DNA of 57,384 nt from a virus (taxonomy: Duplodnaviria; Caudoviricetes), in the IMG/VR virus record IMGVR_UViG_3300028041_000098, positions 1 to 57,384 of that record. One strand, given 5' to 3'. A program made the position numbers and the translations under genes. Of this stretch, positions 54,111 to 57,384 are shown piece by piece (within the stretch, counting starts at the first letter, position 1; each line of letters starts with the position of its first letter). The notes under the pieces were generated by a model. That model did no database searches and had not been told where the DNA came from. It saw only the letters and a list, made by a program, of their open reading frames with translations.

Positions 54111-55805
54111 ATGGCGCATCCGAACCGTCGCGGTGACGTGCTCGCCGGCACGTGGGGGCCGGTGTCGATCACCAACGTGCCGCTGTCGGCGACGCACGCT
54201 GGGAGCCGGCTGGCCGACGCCGGCGCGGTCGGCTGGCTCGACGACGTGGACACCGCGGTCCTCGTCGCGCGGCTCGACCCGCCGACCGCGGGCACGGATC
54301 CGCAGGGGCTCTGCATCGCGCTGTACGACCAGCGCACCCAGACGGTAACCCCCGTCGCGCCGCGTGGCGCAAACGCCGGGGCAGCGGGCGGCGGCGTGTG
54401 GGCGGTGTCGTCCAGCCGCGACGGCCTGCTCGCGTCGACGGGCTGGGCCGACCCTGGCCTGTTCGTGCACGACGTGGGGCCGGACGGCGCGATCGCGTAC
54501 ACCGACTTCCGCAACTTCCCGGTGCGGCTCCGCTACCCGAACGGCCACGATGTCGAACTCTACGCCGGCGTGGTGCACAGCCTCACGCTGCTCGGCGACG
54601 GGCGCGCGGTCTTCGGCACGCACGATGGCCGCTGGCACTTCGTCGGTGTCCCGCAACCGGTCGGGCTGCCGCAGGGCGCCAACCTGGTGCGCCTGGCCGA
54701 GGTCGCGGGGACCTGGTGGCTGACGTATCAGCTCGGCTACCAAGTCGTCCTTCGGCGGGCCGATGACCCGACCCGCGGATACGTGTACCCGTTCGTGCAG
54801 CGGCCGGACGCCGGCGCGTTCGGCCTGCAGCTGCGCGACGTCGACGGGCAGGCGCTGGTCTGCTGGTCCGTCTTCGCCGGCGCACGACCCGGCGAGCAGG
54901 AGGTGCGCGTGCAGGATCTCGGCGCCCCGATGGTGGCGCTCCTCGAGGCGCCGGTACCGGTTCCGGTTCCGGCGGTCCGTCCCTGGCCGCGGAAACTGTG
55001 GATCGCGCCGTTCAAGACCCACTCGCACCGGTACGGTGACACGCCGATCGAGGACCACGTCGGCAACGCGGTGTACGTCGAGGGGGACGACCGCGAGCAC
55101 CCCGGCCGCATCCACGCGGAGCTCGACCGCGTGCGGCGCTTGGGTCAGCCGATGATCGTCGCGGTCGAGGAGCCGATCGACGCAGTGCACATCAACACCA
55201 CGATCGCGTGGTTCGTGCACGCGGCCGATCTCCCGACGCTCGAGCAGAAGGTCGAGGTGGCGCTGGGCTGGCCGGAGAAGCCGGTCATCGCGTATCTCGA
55301 CAAGATGCGCGCCGAGGACTGGCCCCTGCAGCGGCCCGCCTGGATGTCGGCACGGGTGTGGCCGTCGGTGATGGCGTACCGGGATCCCGGCGAGCCCCTC
55401 GCGACCTTCGACCTGCGGGTGACCGCGATGCTGCACCGGGTCGCGCAGTGGGGGACCTCCCTGGCGCTCACCCCGGCCTTCTTCACGCGCAACGGTCGCG
55501 CGACCGTGGCGGAGATCGTCGAGTGCATGCCGCTCTACGAGCGGTGGATTCGGGAGTTCCCGATCGTCTGTGTCATGCCGTTCGCGGACCGTCGGCCGAC
55601 GGGCATGATCGACCATCCAGTGCTGCGCGCCTGGGCGCGGGCCTTCCTCGAGGCCAATCCCGCGCGGCCCAACCGGTTCGACTATTGGCGGGGCGGCGCG
55701 ACGGACCTGCCAACGGTGTTGCGGAACAAGCTCGGACAGTCGACGGAGCTGGTGATCCTGTCGGCCGACGAGAAGCGTTACCTCCTGGACCGGCTCGGAA
55801 CGTAA
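54111..55805 (+). CDS. Two-domain hypothetical protein (beta-rich N-terminus, PVPVP linker, alpha/beta C-terminus)
   Basis: AGGAG RBS; strong codon bias. Confidence 0.8.
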   Translation: MAHPNRRGDVLAGTWGPVSITNVPLSATHAGSRLADAGAVGWLDDVDTAVLVARLDPPTAGTDPQGLCIALYDQRTQTVTPVAPRGANAGAAGGGVWAVSSSRDGLLASTGWADPGLFVHDVGPDGAIAYTDFRNFPVRLRYPNGHDVELYAGVVHSLTLLGDGRAVFGTHDGRWHFVGVPQPVGLPQGANLVRLAEVAGTWWLTYQLGYQVVLRRADDPTRGYVYPFVQRPDAGAFGLQLRDVDGQALVCWSVFAGARPGEQEVRVQDLGAPMVALLEAPVPVPVPAVRPWPRKLWIAPFKTHSHRYGDTPIEDHVGNAVYVEGDDREHPGRIHAELDRVRRLGQPMIVAVEEPIDAVHINTTIAWFVHAADLPTLEQKVEVALGWPEKPVIAYLDKMRAEDWPLQRPAWMSARVWPSVMAYRDPGEPLATFDLRVTAMLHRVAQWGTSLALTPAFFTRNGRATVAEIVECMPLYERWIREFPIVCVMPFADRRPTGMIDHPVLRAWARAFLEANPARPNRFDYWRGGATDLPTVLRNKLGQSTELVILSADEKRYLLDRLGT

Positions 55806-55887
55806 CTTGCCGTTCCTGAGGTACCGAACCTGAAACTGTCCGCATCGGCGCGCCCCGGCGACCGATTTTGTGACTGACGATCGAGAA

Positions 55888-56268
55888 ATGCGTGCGCTCC
55901 TCTTCGCCGGCGCTCTCCTGGGTCTGGCCTTCAGCCAGCCCGCGGCGTCGTCCGCCCAGATCCCCGCTGCAGCGGTGACACCGGCAGCCGAGGACGGGCG
56001 GACCACGGCGAGCGGGGGACCCATGGACGAGCAGCTCTTTAAGTACGCACTGACCCAGGGAGGGCTGACGATCGTCTGCCTCGTGCTGTTCTGGTGGATT
56101 CAGCGCGAACACCGCCGGCAGGACGCGGCGAAGGACGAACGGATGCAGATCCTCGTCGTCCTGGTGGAGAAAAACACGGCGGCCCTCACGGCGTCTGAGG
56201 CGACCAACGCGCGGCTCGCGCGCGCGATCGAGACCACGCGGCTGTTGCCGCCTGGGGCGACCGTATGA
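55888..56268 (+). CDS. Holin-like protein (BhlA/UviB-like core) with N-terminal signal-like extension
   Basis: MDEQLFKYALTQGG + one TM + coiled coil; ATGA overlap with lysozyme. Confidence 0.7.
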   Translation: MRALLFAGALLGLAFSQPAASSAQIPAAAVTPAAEDGRTTASGGPMDEQLFKYALTQGGLTIVCLVLFWWIQREHRRQDAAKDERMQILVVLVEKNTAALTASEATNARLARAIETTRLLPPGATV

Positions 56269-56819
56269 CACCGCAGGACTACGCGGCGCTCGAGGCGCAG
56301 CTGATCCAGCACGAAGGCCTCCGCCTGACGCTGTACCTGTGCACGAGCGGCAAGCTGACGTGGGGCGTCGGGTACAACGTGTCGGACCGCGGACTGATCC
56401 CGCTGCAGCGGGCGCTTGGCCGCAGCGTCACGATCGAGGATCTGCGCGCCGGGCGCCTGACCCGCGAGGATGCCCTGACGGTGCTCCGGAGAGACATCCC
56501 CACGTTCGAGGCGCAGATCCGCGAGCGCCTGCCCCGGTACGACCAGCTCGGGGCGGTCCGGCAGCGGGCGATCATCGACTTCGTGTTCAACCTGGGCGCC
56601 ACCCGCGCCGCCGCGTTCACCAGCGCGATCGCTGCGGGTCGACTCGCGCTCGCGCAGACGGATCCGCGCCTGGCGCAGGCCTGCTGGGACGCCTGCGCGT
56701 TTCACATGATGGATTCGCTCTGGGCGCGTCAGGTCGACGACGGGCTCGGGGGGAAGCGCGGTCGCGCCGATCGCGTCTGTCACATGATCCGCACCGGCGT
56801 GGACCCGGGGCCGCGATGA
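56265..56819 (+). CDS. Endolysin, T4-like GH24 lysozyme
   Basis: HEGLRLTLYLCTSGKLTWGVG (E-x8-C-x5-T), FNLG, DSLWARQV. Confidence 0.92.
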   Translation: MTPQDYAALEAQLIQHEGLRLTLYLCTSGKLTWGVGYNVSDRGLIPLQRALGRSVTIEDLRAGRLTREDALTVLRRDIPTFEAQIRERLPRYDQLGAVRQRAIIDFVFNLGATRAAAFTSAIAAGRLALAQTDPRLAQACWDACAFHMMDSLWARQVDDGLGGKRGRADRVCHMIRTGVDPGPR

Positions 56820-57082
56820 GCGATCTCTTCGAGGCGGTACCGCCGCGGCCGCGCTCGCGCATCCACGGATGCCGCCGCATCCTGTCGGAGCTCCGGCGAC
56901 TGCTGGGGAAGACCCGCCGCGCCGCGGAGTACCGCGCGCACTCCGATGTGGAGCAGCGGTGGACGGCACGCGTCGGCGATGCGCTCGACCAGTTGATTCG
57001 CGAGGGTGACCTGGTGCTACCAGGTGGCGACGATCCGCGAGATCGGCGCCGCGTGCGCAAACGCCAGGTGAAGATGTTCTGA
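56816..57082 (+). CDS. Hypothetical protein
   Basis: ATGA overlap with lysozyme. Confidence 0.6.
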   Translation: MSDLFEAVPPRPRSRIHGCRRILSELRRLLGKTRRAAEYRAHSDVEQRWTARVGDALDQLIREGDLVLPGGDDPRDRRRVRKRQVKMF

Positions 57083-57156
57083 TCTGCGTTCGTCCGCGCC
57101 CGTTCCTCCTTTCACAGGACGCGCGCTGTTCGTCAACTGCCGAGCCCCGGCGGCGA

Positions 57157-57384
57157 ATGGTGAGGTGTCCCGTGAGTCGAGTCTTTGCGTCTCTGTTCTT
57201 GCTGCTATTTCTGCTGACGCCGGCGCCGGCGTTTCTCCAGGCCGACCGCGTGCAGTCGCCGGAGGCCTCGATCGGCTTCCTGGACGAACTGCCGCCGATC
57301 GTCGGCATGACGTCCGCTCCGGTCCAGGTCCCCGACCACGGTGCGTACGTCGCGCGGCGCTGGCGTGAACTCGGATTGTCGCCG
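57157..57384 (+). CDS. Partial exported protein, runs off window
   Basis: SRVFASLFLLLFLLTPAPA hydrophobic leader; frame open to window end. Confidence 0.5.
   Translation, partial: MVRCPVSRVFASLFLLLFLLTPAPAFLQADRVQSPEASIGFLDELPPIVGMTSAPVQVPDHGAYVARRWRELGLSP

Larger units (their letters stand above)
1..57384. mobile_element. Temperate siphovirus-like prophage (ends/att sites not in window)
   Basis: Canonical gene order: integrase, repressor/cro, recombination/replication, terminase, portal, capsid, neck, tail tube, tape measure, fibres, holin, lysozyme; no tail sheath gene seen. Confidence 0.97.

Noticed and set aside
50058-55805. Diversity-generating retroelement acting on fibres
   Set aside because: No reverse transcriptase motif and no TR/VR repeat pair seen in the window
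1-57384. tRNA genes, attL/attR, spanins
   Set aside because: No cloverleaf, terminal direct repeat or convincing lipobox/spanin pair found by eye; they may lie outside the window

Overview
The whole window is one high-GC temperate siphovirus-type prophage, read left to right. It opens with a tyrosine integrase and a small lysogeny/moron block, then a CI/Cro switch with visible operators. The early region holds a CII-like protein, an excisionase, two HNH nucleases, RecT, a PD-(D/E)XK nuclease, a replication initiator with iterons, a RusA-like resolvase, ParB, DUF5131, a ParB-MTase, an RRM protein and a HerA-like ATPase. A separately promoted accessory cassette carries an AcrVA2/FinQ-like gene and an orphan HicB. 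Packaging, head, neck and tail genes (with a -1 frameshifted tail chaperone), fibres and lysis genes follow. The att sites and the right end lie outside the window. The most unusual signals are five. (1) Several late genes in virion positions (head decoration-like, two fibre-like, holin) begin with Sec-type signal peptides with Gln at +1. (2) A two-copy structured RNA leader with a palindromic UCAUGA loop and compensatory base changes precedes the head and tail-tube modules. (3) Two unannotated paralogous Pro-rich micropeptides converge on a 3-TM protein. (4) A prfB-like CCC-UGA +1 frameshift candidate sits in an early gene. (5) The Acr-like cassette has hicB inserted between 13-bp direct repeats. 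All family assignments come from motif recognition by eye, not from database searches.
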